64,000 nt of DNA from the human T2T-CHM13v2.0 reference genome, Homo sapiens, in assembly GCF_009914755.1 (NCBI RefSeq), contig NC_060928.1. One strand, given 5' to 3'. This document shows, piece after piece, positions 14,967-31,999 of this stretch. Each line of letters begins with the position of its first letter. Position 1 is the stretch's first letter. The position numbers and the translations under genes were made by a program. Below the pieces are notes generated by a model, which searched no databases, was not told where the DNA came from, and saw only the letters and a list, made by a program, of their open reading frames with translations.

Positions 14967-15452
14967 CCTTAATGGAACAAACTTTACAAAAACGTGAGTG
15001 GCTCATTGAACGTCTCTGTTTATGGCAGAGATGTGTGTTTTTTCACACATTGCCTAACAAGCTAATTGTTAGAGATTCCAATGAAGGATTATTTCACCAA
15101 GATATTGGTGATTTAAAATCATGGTAAAATCTAACATTGTTTGGAGATTGTTTTCCTTAAAATAACAGATAATGGTCGTTCCCTTAAAATAATACATTTC
15201 TAAACTTTTTTCCTCTAACAAATCATACACAGATTCTTTAAGATCAATCTCTAACTATATTTGTCAGTGACCCAGTGTCCAATTCTGCTTTTTCTAGTCC
15301 ACACAATCCAAAAGCATTGAAAGAACATTTTCAACTAAAATGATATGTCAAGGTGTCAGAACACTGATGCTGGTCAGTTTGTCCTTAAGCATGCCATACC
15401 CATAAAACAAAAGTAGGAACACTCAACTATGATTGTGGTCATTGCCTTACAG

Positions 15453-15594
15453 ATAACCTCTTTCTAGAGAAGGCTATGCAGCTTGCAAAGAGGCATGCCA
15501 ATGCCCTTTTCGACTACGCGGTGACAGGAGACGTGAAGATGCTGCTGGCCGTCCAGCGCCATCTCACTGCTGTGCAGGATGAGAATGGGGACAG
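15453..15594 (+). CDS. NFKB1: NFKB1 exon 15 ([46 protein letters not shown])
   Basis: ttacag| and AG|gtaagt; 142 nt; manual translation. Confidence 0.96.
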
Positions 15595-17034
15595 GTAAGT
15601 CAGAACTTTTGCATGATAGGTTGTCCTGGGTGGGGAAGAAGAAGAGCATCGTATAATGCATACTGACTAGAGATAAAAATAATTGTTCAAATATATTGAG
15701 TCCTCTAACTGGAATGATGAAGAAAAATAATGTGTGAATAAGGTTAAGTAGCACAATTTGCTGCTCCATCCTGCTGCTGTCATCTGTTGGAATCTGTAGT
15801 AGCTGGAGGACTCATCTAAGAGTGAATCTCTCTGGGCAAGAAAACTAAGATGTGTGTAGGTAATGGTACTTTTTGAAAAGCCTTGCTTTGTTTATTGAAG
15901 TAATATTTGGAGAATTGTTAAGAGTCCTACCAAATCCCTGAAGCATTGTTATCCCAGCTGCATATTTATGACAGTGTACTCAAGAAAAAGCCCAATAAAG
16001 GCAGCAACAACAACAGAAAGATTAAGAGGGACTGGTCATTATTTCCCAGTTACTGGTTTCTTCTCTGCTCCCTCTTCTGATGGTCATCAGTCTATGACTG
16101 TTTCAGACTTTTGTGACTGCTCCAGCCCATATGTGGGAGTGGAACATTCCAAACACCATGCCTTCCATTCTTGCTATTACTGAGATTGTATTTGCAAAGC
16201 CACCTGGCTTCTTTCTAAAACAGTTCTCTTAGTCCTTTCATTGAGACTTCTAAAATGATCTCAAAAGCCTATAAAAATAACAAGAGACAGCAGCCTTCAC
16301 ATTCAAGTCAAGTGCCTTATCTAAAACCTTCCTAAAATAGCATCAACATAGAGAAATCCTTTTCTGTGGAAGAGCTCTTGAGTGCTGTGTTTTAGACTTC
16401 AGTTTAAAAATTAAACCAAGCACTTTAGGAAAGTAACAACCTCAGGGTTTCAAGCAGAGACACCTTTGTTCTCATTCCTTGCAACGTAACCAAGGATGTG
16501 GTATAACCACTGGCCTTGTTATACAGTATGAGAGGAACCAGTACAACCTTCTTGGTATAAAGCCATGAACAGCAGAATTCTTTTTCAGGGTTAAATAATC
16601 CAGTTAGCATTCAGTAGCATACAACCACAAGAAAAAGCAGTTAACCAAGACAGTACAGCAGTGTTTCAAGTGGCATTTCCAGGGACCTGTTAAATTGATA
16701 AGTCTAAGAAGATGAGCACATACAGGTTAGAAAGGAAGTGCTGATATCTGAAGGGAGGATTGTTGGAAGGGATACAAGGCGAGGCACATGCAAGTTCCCT
16801 CCTAAGACCCAAGCACACTCACACAAGCCGGCTCTCAGAGAGGCCACAGATTTGGGACTTGGAGAGACCAGAGGATCCTCATAAGAGCATAGGTATAGGG
16901 CAGCTTTTGGCCATCACAGCCCAAGTCTCTTGTTTTAATTCAGCTCGTCATATTTGGCTAATAGTTTAAATCCTGTGGCCATTAGTCATCATAGAAAATA
17001 TAATAAAGAAAAATATATAAAACTTCTGCTATTG

Positions 17035-17045
17035 GGGAAATTCCC
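17035..17045 (+). promoter_or_regulatory. Consensus NF-kB site GGGAAATTCCC in NFKB1 intron 15
   Basis: Exact GGGRNNYYCC match; function inferred only. Confidence 0.45.
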
Positions 17046-17554
17046 ATAAGGGTGTGAGGATTTGAGGGGGAGGGGGAATGTACTTCTGCTATGAAATGCT
17101 GAGCGGCACATGGAAATTTTCGAGCAGTTTTAGAAGTATGACCTTTTTCTTGGTGTATGTGCATCATGTCTATGTCAGAGTTTAGGCCCTTTTCAGAAGT
17201 CTTCTTCCAGTATCACATTTCAAGAAGCAATAGTGAAACCCTGAGATCATCCGTTTTAAAATATTTCTCAAGTAGCAAAATCACAATTTAGTTTTTTAGG
17301 CTCTTCTGTGCCGGAGTTAATCCCAAGTACGATATACTTGCTATTGCTAAGGAAGAGGCTTGAGTAAAGTGGCACCTGATAGCTTATTTTAGAGAAGATC
17401 CAGCCTGTACCTCGTGTCCCAGATGTAGTGCTGCTGCGAGATGCTTTAGTGTGCTCTGCACCTCAATCTGTCCATGCTCTGGAGTGGTCATCTTCTTAGA
17501 CATTCATCTGAATGTCTTTAGAACAGTGCACATGTATCCCCTATGCAGGATTGC

Positions 17555-17810
17555 TTAAGGGATTAAGAGATGGCTTTGGAGTAAGACAGGCCTGGGCTTG
17601 AATCCCAGCTTCACCACGTATTGGCCTTGACTGAGTTATATGACGCCTGCAAGTCTCAGTTTCATTAGCTGAAAAGTGAAGATAATATTACCTAACTCAT
17701 AGGATTATTGTTATAGTAAAAAGACAATATATATCAAATGCTTAGCATAGTCTGGTAAATCAAAGCTCCCAACAAATAGTAGCCACTGGTAAAATGATTG
17801 TTATTGTTAT
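17555..17810 (+). mobile_element. MIR SINE
   Basis: gacaggcctgggcttgaatcccagcttcacca...ctcagtttc...gataatattacctaactcataggattattg. Confidence 0.7.
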
Positions 17811-18827
17811 TGTTTTGAATTTTAATAGTATGTTTTTTAATAATTAAAAGAATTACGCTCCTGTGAGTGACTTTGACACCACCAGTATGTTCAGCCTCAT
17901 TAGCGTAAGCTCTTAAGTTCCTTCTATCATTCTTATTTTTGTGCCTCTACTGCATGCTAGGGTTGTAAGGCTGACTCAGACAGAACCTGCCCCAGAGATG
18001 ACAGGACAGAGAACGAGAAAAATGTGTAGAAAACTGCAGTTGCATAACCAAGCAGTAAATTTGAGAGGGACAACTTGCTCCACCTAGGAGGTTAGGAAAG
18101 TATTCTCTGAGGATGTCAGGTTTGAACTGGAATATAAAGGATGGAGTAGGCATTGTTCAGGCAGAAGAAAGGAGCAAAAACATTCCAGGCAGAGGGAATA
18201 TTTGCTGGAATGTTTGCAGGAGTGGTGGGAAATACAATCACTTTGTTTCTTCACAAGTTTACTGCAAGAATTTTCTTCCAGTAGTTAAAAGCTTCACTCC
18301 ATTCTCCACTCTTGGGATCTGGAAAGATCTTTAAAAAACCACCACACTGTATTTTGGAGGAGGGCAGCAGGGCTAAGTGAGGTAACTAAGTTTTTCTGAA
18401 CAATTCCTAGTGCCAGGCATTCATTTTACATAGAATCTGTGTGTCAGGAAAAGTCAGGGGGAAAGGTAGAGAAGAAAACCGCCCAAAGCCATGGTATAGA
18501 GGCAGGATTGGGATTTAAGCTTAGGTCTTTCTGGGCTGGAAGCCTCAGTGTGTTTATACATCAAGGGGTCAAGACCTGAATGCTCCCAGAGGCCAGGAAG
18601 GTACCACAAATAACGTAGCAGCCTTGGGTAGGCAGTTGGGAGGGACCAGTCCTCTGGAGACAGCATCCCACCTCAGATTCAATGCATTTTATAGATTCAA
18701 AACATTTTAGGGCCAAATAAAACTAGGTATGAGAGCAGATTCCATTCTTGAGTCTAATCACATCTTGGGAATCTTTTCTTTTTCATTAACATTTTAGTTA
18801 ATTATTGCCACTGTGTTTTCATTCCAG

Positions 18828-18942
18828 TGTCTTACACTTAGCAATCATCCACCTTCATTCTCAACTTGTGAGGGATCTACTAGAAGTCACATCTGGTTTG
18901 ATTTCTGATGACATTATCAACATGAGAAATGATCTGTACCAG
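18828..18942 (+). CDS. NFKB1: NFKB1 exon 16 (first ankyrin repeat; [18 protein letters not shown]...DLYQ)
   Basis: ttccag| and CAG|gtaagc; 115 nt; inside ORF 18805..19068. Confidence 0.97.
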
Positions 18943-20181
18943 GTAAGCAGAAATCTCAAGAAAACAACTGAAGAAAAATCTGTAGTTTACTTTTTCTTCT
19001 GTTATGTTTGGGTGCATGTTATTTTTAGTAATGTTAACAGTAGCAAAAACAAAAACAAACCTTTGTAGGTAATATCTAAAATCCCATTAGTTGAGAATGT
19101 TACTTTATGATGTAGGATCCTTTGATCTGTGGGTATAACAGCCATCAAGCCACAATGAAATTCAGCATCCCGCTGGGGGAAGGCAAACTTTAAACTTTAG
19201 AAATCAAACAGTTTTTTCATTTAAGAGGGAGAAACTAAAGTAAAAATGTCACATCTGTCAAGAAAAATAAAGTTAAAAAAAGTTTGAAAAGCCAGTAATT
19301 TATAATAATTTTGAAGTCTACTGAAACATACCTTGACAACATCCAGATTAAATGTATATCAAATGAAGCATTCTGAAATCACCACACAGAAAGGTTAAAA
19401 GTTTGCTTGAGGAGGAAAAGGTGTCTTTCAAAAGCAGAAAGACAGCTCCAAGTGAGGAAAAGTGGGAACACCAGAGTTTTGCCCAAATCAGGTTTTCTTA
19501 GGAATTAATTAGGTGGGCTGAAAATACAAGTTGAGGAACTGTTTTTTCCAGAGGTCTTCCAACACTGCAAAGGGAGAGTTAGCTGGAGACACAGCGAGGC
19601 CCTTTGATGGGCATATGCAGAATTCAGGGAGAGGCAAGGAGCCTGGGAGCCACTTCGGCAGAAGCAGAGCTTGGACGTTGGTGATGGGAGCCCAGTGACC
19701 CCAGCCAGCCTTTCTGGCTGAGCGACTGCACTGGCATGAAACCAAGATGGGGTTCGGCTCCTGAGGTTTCCTCCTTCCTGCCCCTGATTGCTTTTCCCAC
19801 CTCACTGTCTTTCCCCTACTCCCACCAGTCTGCTGTATGGGGCTCCTGCCCTTGCCCACTTCTTACCTTTCCATTTGTCTCCTTCCCTTCATCGACCCGA
19901 AGCATCTTCCTCATCCTCCTTGGAGAGATGGTTTGCTGGTTCACGTGTATCTCTCACTCCAAAACTATGGCCAAAATCCTGTGTAATTATTTACTTAGTA
20001 AAGATATTTGTTCCTGCTCTCTCAGTTTTTATAGCAGTGATGTGAATCATTTCTATTTCCTCACTTTAAAGGAAAATGCTTTTATTATTTTAAAGAAAAT
20101 TAATTAAAACTTCATTTTCTTTAAAGGAAATTAAAATATCTATTTTCTTATTTTTATTTCCATTCTTTAAAATGTGCTTTA

Positions 20182-20487
20182 GGCTGGGTGCGGTGGCTCA
20201 CACCTATAATCCCAGCACTTTGGGAGGCCGAGGCAGGCGGATCATGAGATCAGGAGATCGAGATCATCCTGGCTAACATGGTGAAACCCCGTCTCTACTA
20301 GAAATACAAAAAAAAAAAAAAAATTAGCCAGGCATGGTGGCAGGCGCCTGTAGTCCCAGCTACTCGGGAGGCTGAGGCAGGAGAATGGTGTGAACCTGGA
20401 GGCTGAGCTTGCAATGAGGCGAGATCGCGCCACTGCACTCCAGCCTGGGTGACAGAGTGACGCTCTGTCTCAAAAAAAAAAAAAAAA
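20182..20487 (+). mobile_element. AluY
   Basis: gagatcgagatcatcctggctaac, gagaatggtgtgaacc, gagcttgca diagnostics; TSD tgtgcttta. Confidence 0.92.
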
Positions 20488-20877
20488 GTGTGCTTTAAAG
20501 TGCATTTAAAGCAAAACTACTAAAACGTTTACATGTGGCTCTTAATAGTTTTTACCTGTGACTAGGTAAAAATTAATAGGTTTCCTGATAGGGGAAAATG
20601 ACCATTTTTCATTCAATATAAGTCACCATTAGGCTTCTTCACTGGCTCTTGTGCTTCTTGTCAAAGGAAAAGTAAAGTTAGTGACTCTTCACTGCCTGTT
20701 AATATAAAATAACTAGTATGAAGTGTGATTGTAGATTTACATTTAAAGGATGTCTTCTTGAAACTTTCATACCGTTTTGGGGTCATTGGTATCCGTAAGG
20801 TCATTTTGCCTGTAAAGCTTGATTCTCGCAGACTTTTGGCTGATTGTTCCTTGTAGTCATCACAAATCTATGAATAA

Positions 20878-21303
<426 letters not shown>

Positions 21304-21849
21304 AGTAGCTATGATTTTTTTTTTATATCCTAAACTCTTTACTGTATCATTTGGTTACATATGTTGAGACTCTCCAGTGTGTTAGAGACAAAAACCCTGA
21401 AACCGCCACCATTGATACTTCTATCCCTTCTGATTTGGGGACTCTCAGAAGACTATACGTCCATTTTTCCCCTACCTTACCACCAGTCTGATTAATGGGC
21501 AGTGATTCTGGCTTCCCTAGTATGCCTTCTAGGTGTCAAACACACACCCAATGGCAACTTTGATTTGAGAATTAGAAACTGCTAAGATTTGAACTCTTGA
21601 TTATCTGTTGTAAAGGTTCTCTAGTAACTATTCTTAATGGAAAATGATACAGTTCTCTAAATAATTTGGATTATTTGACAGTTAAGCATTCTTCCCAAAT
21701 ACCTTTCACTAATCTAAGTACATTTCTGTGACCATCTGTCATGATCAAATTCCTCTCCCCACCCACCCTCTAGAAACACACTCAAAATAGTCCAAGTGCA
21801 CCGAGTTAGGATTTTTTATGAAAATATTCTCTTTAAGCCTTTTTCTCCT

Positions 21850-22830
21850 TTCATTCTCCTTCCCCCAACATAGACAACCACTCTATCGTGTTTGGTATGG
21901 ATTGTTTTATTTGTGTATGTTCCCATAAAACATTATTGGAGGGTTTTATGTATTTTTATGTTTTTAATTATTATACATATCATGTATATTCATAGTTTTA
22001 AAAATGGTACAGAAGAATCTACATTGGAAAGTCAAAGTTGCCCACCCTGACAATGCCCAGGTCTGCTAGCACAAATGTCACTATTGTGTTTATAGGTAGT
22101 TTTTCAAGTACTGGATACAAATGTACGTATACTTGAAATACATAGATATTTTCATATACTCTCACATACAATCCACATTATATTAAATGTACTTCTCTTG
22201 CCTTGCATTAACCTTTAAAATTTTTTTAATTTAATTTAATTATAGATTCAAAGGAGGTTACAAAAACGTACTAGGAAGTCCTAGTATTTACTGCAAGGAA
22301 ACCAGAGGTCTCTTCACCCAGTTTCCCCCAATGGTAACATCCTGCATAACCTCAGAACAGTGTCAAAACCTGGAAATAGACGTTGATACAATCCACAGAT
22401 CTTAATCAGATTTCACCAGTTTTACACACACTTGTGTGTATCTGTATAGTTCTTTGTGCATATATTTTTTAAATGCCTAAGTGGCATTGTGCTACATGTT
22501 ACTGTATTTCTGCCTTCACTGCTTATCCACACAGTTCTACATATAGCTAGTTTGTTGTTTCAGCTCCTGAAGAGAATCTAGTATGGGTCTTTCACCTATA
22601 ACATCCTTGTTTCCTAGTAGTAGACATTTAACCAACTTCTAACTTCCTACCTCAGTAGATAATACTGCAGTGACTGTCCTCACTTATGTCCTCTTGTGGA
22701 TTTGTGTCAGAATTTCACCCAGATACATCTGCAAGAGTTGGGTTGCTGGGACATTTGTATATTTGGCTTTCCAGAATGTCTGTGTAAGTCCCCATGCCCA
22801 CAGCCATAGCATGAAGGTATAATTGTTTAA
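21850..22830 (-). mobile_element. Old L1M fragments
   Basis: cacccagtttcccccaatggtaacatcctgcataac...; gggttgctgggacat; boundaries approximate. Confidence 0.55.
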
Positions 22831-24039
22831 GATATAATCCTTGGATTTAAGAACTAGAAGGTTTATATCATGGAAAACCATTGATTGGACTGTGGAAGAA
22901 AATATTAAAAAAAAAAAACCTCTCCGACTCATAAGATATTTTTTAATTAAATTCAAGCTACAGATAATTTATAATTCCTGAATGGTATACTATCTTATAA
23001 TTTCAGATCCTTTTTTCACAATCTCATTCTCTTTCCTTTTCCCATCTCCCCAAGTAGCATTTCAGAAAACACAGATTAGTAAACACAGTTTCCATTGACT
23101 TATTTTTGAGAAGAAGGCTCTTGGCAACAATATCTAAAGTTTTGAGGACATCACTTCATTTCAGGCCAGGTTGATAGTCCTAGAAAATGAAAGAAATAAG
23201 GGCAAGTAATAATTTGGCAAAAAAAAAGGGTCTTGTATAGTAAATAATCACTGTAGTTGAGATTTAGACTACCCTCCCATCATTCATCCTGCCAGTTATC
23301 ATGTGCTGTGGTCACCTACACAGCTAGGAGGTTGGTGGCTCACCTGCTGCTGTAGCCAGTAACTGCTCAATGAAAAGGGAATTTTAGGCAAATTGTCACA
23401 AGACTGGCTGGATGTCATAGTTAGGCTCCTGTGAAATAAACTGATTTGTATAAAGATACATTGCTGTTCTCTGTCAGTGAACTCAGTTATTTGAAAGATA
23501 CGTTTGTGATTGTATTTGTCTTACTCATTTTTGAAAACACACAGTTTGCAAAACATCTTATTTGCATTCACCGAAGTAATACCTTGTGGGCAGGATAGTC
23601 AAATGGACTATTTAAGTACCTATTAGGTATCAGCAGCTCACCTTTTTTATTCAGCTGAGCCCCCTTGGTGAGATACTTGTATTATCCTGGTTATGTTATT
23701 TAGAATCTTATAATACCTTTTATGAAATGGGTGTAGGAAAGCTATATTGACTGGTCTCAGGAGCCAGTCCATGGGACAGTATTTTTTAATTTAGTAAATT
23801 TAGTTTCCATGTCAGCATAGAATCATGGCACTTTTGTTAATTGGTTTCTATTGAGTACTTTATTTAAATTTCTTCAGTGAAAACATAGCCTTAATTTGAT
23901 TTGTTAATATAAAATTATCAGCTGGAGGTAACTCCTACCAGATATTTAAGAAAACTAAATTTACTACTAGGTGTGCTCAAAATCAACAATCAGTGGGTTG
24001 TAGTGAGAAACAAGAAGCTATTAAGACTTGTAAATATGA

Positions 24040-24195
24040 AAATAACCCACCACAGAAAAAATTGTAAGTATATGAAGTGATGGATTTGTAACTTAGCCTG
24101 ATTTAATCATTTTATGTTGTAAACTTAGATTAAAACATCACATTGTACCTCATAAATATATACAATTACTATTTGTCAATTAAATTTAAGATAAA
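24040..24195 (+). mobile_element. L1MA-type 3' end fragment
   Basis: gtaagtatatgaagtgatgga...aacatcacattgtacctcataaatatatacaatt...gtcaattaaa. Confidence 0.7.
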
Positions 24196-24404
24196 TAAGA
24201 ATTTTAAAACATGAATTATTGAATGGCTAAGTGTTAGTACAGTATATGTACTTCATTAGCATATAGTATGGAACAGGATAACTTGGGTGCCAAGGTCAGA
24301 AGTTAATCTGGGAATGAGAAATATTCCTGCAGTATGGCCCCACCTATTGCAGTAACAGCTACCAAGCTGTGAGTTGTAAGTAAGTATTCACTGCTGACCA
24401 GTGA

Positions 24405-24674
<270 letters not shown>

Positions 24675-24850
24675 TAAATATCTACTAGGTATTTGATAAA
24701 CGTGTGTTATTTGATTTGCACCCAAAAGTGCTTTCCTTAGTCACCTGGAGTTCATCATCTCTTTTGGGCATTTCTGTTGCTCACCAAAGCTAATTTTTTT
24801 AAAGATGATTTGGAATAGTTAGTAGGAGGAGAAAGCAGAGGCCTGAGTAA

Positions 24851-25300
<450 letters not shown>

Positions 25301-25581
25301 TAAGGAAATCTTTTCAAAGAAGGAAGTCAGTAGCTGCTGTTCTCCCTTACAATCAGCTCTATTTGTTTAACATTTATGGAGGGCTTCAGAGTACCACCTT
25401 TAGACATTCCCCCAACCCCCTTGCTTGGCATCTCTAACTGGGGATTTCTTCAATGACAGAGCCAGCCCAAAGTAGCAATTGGGCTAGTAATAGGACCCAA
25501 GGAGCCATGCACACTGGGAGGTGGGGACAAAAGGGCAAAAGAACCTTCCACTAACGCTTTCTTGTGTGGGCTGGATTGTAG

Positions 25582-25770
<189 letters not shown>

Positions 25771-26169
25771 TAAGCCACAGACCTACTGCTGAAAAACAAG
25801 GGTAAATAAAAATTATATGGCAAATCACATTTTATCTGCCATAAGGCACTGTTTGGACTAGTAATCTTGGGCTTTACCCTGATAGTCATTTTAGTTTTTA
25901 CTTTCTGATTCATCTGTTTGTTTGGGGTTTGATTGTTTAGATTGACTCCCATGACAAAGGGTCTTTTCAAAGTAGAGTTTGATTCCTTATAGAATTCTGA
26001 GTGGTATTAGTCTCAGATCATATCAGAAGGCCCCAGAAGAAAAAGATTATTGGTATAAGAAATCATTTAAAGACTTCATTTTGAAAGAAATATCTCTTAG
26101 AAATTGAAGTGTAGGAAAAAGAAAATGGGCCATGTATTAAGACCCATTATGTGGAAGGCACTAAAAATG

Positions 26170-26400
26170 GCTAGCACTTATTGACCTTTCTGTGTACCAG
26201 GCACTGTGATATGCACTTTATGTGCACAGTCTCATTTAATGCCCAATCACCCCTTGTGACAAATACCATTATTCCCCATCTTAGAGTCAAGGAAACAGAC
26301 TAGAGAGACTACCAGATCCCACTTCAGGGTTCCAGTAAGTGACAGAGCTATGAATCACACTTCGGCAGTGTGAACTTCAAGACTTTATTCTCTGTACTAT
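26170..26400 (-). mobile_element. MIR SINE
   Basis: tgtgtaccaggcactgtg...ctcatttaat...attattccccatcttagagtcaaggaaacagac. Confidence 0.7.
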
Positions 26401-26803
26401 GTTTCTCTCTCCTATTTTGCTCATAGGTTTGCAGATGTTATTCCATTTAATTCTCTAGTCCTGTGAAGTATAGAAAATTATCCATGCTGATCTTTGAATC
26501 TCCAGTGCCTTGCATATTTAGAACCTCAAAATATGTGTAATGAAATTGGCATCTGAAGCCTGCCCTGACATATCTGATATACTTTAGAGGCTTTTTTTTT
26601 TTTTAACTTAAAAGGTAAATGCTTCATAAATTCAAGAAAACAAAGCAAAAGACATAGGAACTTTTTCTTTGGGACACCATATTTTTCTTTTCTCTTTTGT
26701 TAAATAGAACTTTTTCTTGAACAAGAAACTCTGATTGCAGTGGGTATTAATAGTTTTAGAAGACACTGATTAATTAAATGCCTTCCAACAAGAAGCTATA
26801 ACC

Positions 26804-27112
26804 AGCCAGACGTGATGGCTCACACCTGTAAACTCAGCACTTTGAGAGGCTGAGGTGGGAGGGTCACTTGCACTAGGAGTGTGAGACCAACCAGGTTAAC
26901 ATTGTAAGACCTCATCTCCATTAAAAAATTTAAAAAGTAGCCAGGCATGGTGGCATGCGCCTATAGTCGCAGCTAGTTTGGAGGCCGAGGTAGAAGTATC
27001 ACTTGAGCCTGTGAGTTCAAGGGTGCAGTGAGCTACAGTTTCACCACTGCACTCCAGCCTGAGCTATAGAATAAGAATAAGACCCTGTCTCAAAAAAAAA
27101 AAAGAAAAAGAA
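26804..27112 (+). mobile_element. AluJ-type element
   Basis: Diverged dimer; TSD aagaa(g/a)ctataacc. Confidence 0.88.
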
Positions 27113-27261
27113 AGAAACTATAACCCTTTTAAAAATGCTTTATATTGAATTCTCAGAATCCCATGAAAGGAAAAGCAAGTAACAGTTTCTCTGATATATA
27201 AATGAAGAAACTCAGATGAAAAACCAAGTCCTAATCTTAATGTCGTGGAAAAGGTCAGTTA

Positions 27262-27574
<313 letters not shown>

Positions 27575-28494
27575 TTAAGAGATAGCTCATCCCTCCACAC
27601 TTTGGTCCTGTAAATTGTTCATCTTAATTTCTCCATGGATTACATTTATTGCCTCATAGATCAGGCCAGAACTGGGAGAATAAAATCAAGAAACAGCATG
27701 AAGATCCTTCTTTGTTTCCCATTAAGTACTCCTCTATTATTGATATTGACCCATCTGATGTTCTCCCAGCAAGATAAAAACAAGTTCCTCCCTCAAAAAT
27801 GGCATCATTAGACATCAAGCTAAACACTCATAAAAATCATCTAAGCCTCTGAGAAGTAACTCTAGCTCTAGTCTTTGAGTTACTTTGATGTTTTGTTTAT
27901 TTGTTTGTTGTTTTTGTTTTTGCTGGATGCTAAAGAGCAGACTACATTTCCCAAAATATTTCAATAATTATACATCCTAGTAGGTTTGTTTATTTAAAGA
28001 TCAGAACCCTGGCATTGCTGTACCCAGCAATGAAACTGGCCATGCTGTCACTAGACATCAAGCATCTTTGCTCTTTTGAGTGTCCAAGAAAAGGGGCTGA
28101 GAAATACACATTGTCATGCATAAATTTGAACAGTTAGGACCCTAATCCTGAGGGTGCACCCTAGTGGCTGTAATCATGCTGTCCATCAGCCCTAAGATTA
28201 AAGATGCACTATTCAGTTGAGAAATATCCTGTAGAGTTAAATGTGAAAGAGTATTTGAAGTCTTTTTTTCTTCAATAGTATCTTTGGCTATTTCAGGTGT
28301 CATAAGACACTTTAACAATCAAAGTAAATTACAATTTTAAAATAATTTCTCTGGATATTCCAGTAGAAATGTTTTATGATTTAAAAATTATCCAGGAGAT
28401 TGCCTCAAGCTGCTACATTGCTTTGCCTTTGGGAATCTGACCTTTGCAGGCAGTTGGAAGTTGACAAGATCTGGGTTTACCTAATGCTGTGTAA

Positions 28495-28653
<159 letters not shown>

Positions 28654-29892
28654 TGATGGCTGCCCCTGAGGGAGTCAGAGGTTCAGGAATGTAAGAACAG
28701 ATGGTCTTCCTGGTGCTTTATTCCCCAAAGAACATGCCTTTTATTTTTAAGAAAGTCTGTTTGTCAGAGACCATTTTTATCTTGAAAAACCCTATCCATG
28801 AAAGATCTAGGTCAGCTGAGTTCTGAGTACGAAAGTGTATGCCTAATCAGATCAGAGTTGAGATGTGAGAAAAGGTTAGAAGAAAAACACAAAATTCACA
28901 TAAAAGTTACCCATTCCAAATTCACACCATAATTGTGACCATCTCAATTTCTGAAGCTAGGATAAATGTTACTGTTTGCTTAGGACTTAGGTAAGTGATT
29001 TCAGGATGTAAAAATAAACTAAGAATTCTTCTTAGAATTTCAATAAATATAAACAGAGTAAATAGATTTAAAGCCTTCCTCAAAACTCCACAGGGCTGAG
29101 ATCTGAAGGTATAAAGCAGTTACTAGGTCATTTGGCCCCAGGAAGAAAAGCCAGAGGGAGGAGGTGGGCAGCATGCAAGATCTCCAACATGACAAGATCA
29201 GTTCTTCTAGAGACGAGAGCTGCTCCACTTCTAAAACTGCTCATGTGCCTCCCACAGCCTGTATGTGTCCAGCTCACTGACGTTAGCAGAGACTCCATGG
29301 TTCTCCCTTTATGTTAGCACCTCATTTCCCCAGAAGGCCTTGCCACAGAACACAAAAAGATGATGCACTCAGTGACCCCACGCTCTCCTTACCCAGGTCA
29401 GCCAGCAACAGAGTGACTGCAGAGAACACCACAAATGCCTCGGCAGCTACAGAATAATTTTTCTTTTAGCCTAAGACAATTCTGGACCCTCAGTTAAAAT
29501 GTCAGTATTGCCAGAGGGTTAACACCAAGCCTTGTGAACATCTAGACATCTCAATTTGAGCAAGTTTATACAATTCATTCTCATAAGCTTGTTCCTATGG
29601 AAGAAGGGAGACAGCTTCACAGCTCTGAGTAAGCTCTTCACTAGCCTTAGGTCTCTGAGCAGGAGATGATTGACATGGTGGCCTGGACTGCCTGTTCCTT
29701 CCAAAAGGCTATAGCTCTGACTCTCTGCAGTTTGGTTGGGTATTCTGACCCAGCTCAGAGTTTGTGCAAAGCACTATTTCCCAGTACCAGAGCCCCTACA
29801 GCTGTTCTTCCCCCAAAGGGTACCATATTCTTGGAGGGTGGTCCTGATTCCTCTTGCCATTCCTCCATCATTAGGGTACCAGGCCCTCCTAA

Positions 29893-30060
<168 letters not shown>

Positions 30061-30344
30061 TGATAAAACCAGATTCTCTTAACCATTATTATCTCCACAC
30101 TGTCATTTAAAGGGAGGAACCAGCATTATCCAGGGTCTACTGTTAAAAGTTCTTATTTCAGAACCAAAAGATGCTGGAGGTAGATAAGGAGAATATCCAG
30201 TTTTAATCTACTGTAAATGTATACTGCCTTCTACTCAGCTGGGCTTTGACCTTCAAGTAGAGTAGCTTGGTTGGTTCCACTGGGAGTTGGACAGCAAGCC
30301 AGGCAGCAATGATCAGTCCCTCCAGAGTGTCTATGGCATGTTAG

Positions 30345-30584
<240 letters not shown>

Positions 30585-31261
30585 TGACTTTACTCTGTTA
30601 ACATCTCTGGCCAGGGCATAATCTCCTTCCCTTTTCCTTAACTCTGAAGAAGAAAACCAGTCATTGCCCAAGGCCTGGGAGGGTGACCCAGGCCAAGTTG
30701 GCAGCCCATCTTCCTGAGAATGCTGTTTTCAGATACCTTCAGATTTTCCCCGTTTTCAAATACCTGGAGACTTCCTGTGAAAATGCTACGTAGAGGGTCA
30801 GGATTTTCACAGAACTTTAACGGCCCTGAGCAAACAATCGACTGTAATCAACGTGTAGCTTCCTGTCCCCAAGAACACACCTTACCCCATGGCAGGGCAT
30901 TGAGTCATGTTCTGTGAGGTGACTCCTAGTGGAGCCATTACCCGGGGATTTTTTTTTTTCATTTCTAAAAATAAAATGTAGAAAAGCATGGGGTGAAGTT
31001 TTCTGTTGAAAATTTCATGGTTAGCTTTTGTTTCTGCATGGATTTCAGAGCTTCAGCTTACAGAGGGAGACTGTGTAGACGTCACTGTAGGCAGAGTTTC
31101 ACTGCCTCAGCGCTTCTCTCGCTGTCTCTCTCTCTGCTTACTACAAACCACTTCTCTGTGATTTCCTGAGTGGTCTTTGAGCCGAAACAGGAAACTTGAT
31201 TCGAAGACTGTATTTTCTTAGTCGCTCTTCTCTGCCCTTTCCATTTCCTCCTGGCTCCTGA

Positions 31262-31681
<420 letters not shown>

Positions 31682-31999
31682 TGATAGTACCATTCAGATG
31701 AGGGGGTCGTACCCTTGGAAAATCACATTGACACATGAACTACTTAGTAAACACTAAATAATACAATAAATACTAAAAACAACATGATGTGGGTGATTAA
31801 ATTTAACACATGAGAGAAATAATATTTACCTTAAAGAGAGAACCATCTCCTTCTTCCTTTGCCTCCTCTCTCAAGCTTATGACACTGACCTTGTCCCCCA
31901 CCATATATGGGACTACGTGTCATGCCACCAAAAGTCTCGCAACCATATGAAATGGACTCTCAACCCAGCCCAGTAATCCTATATTTCCTACAATTTTAT

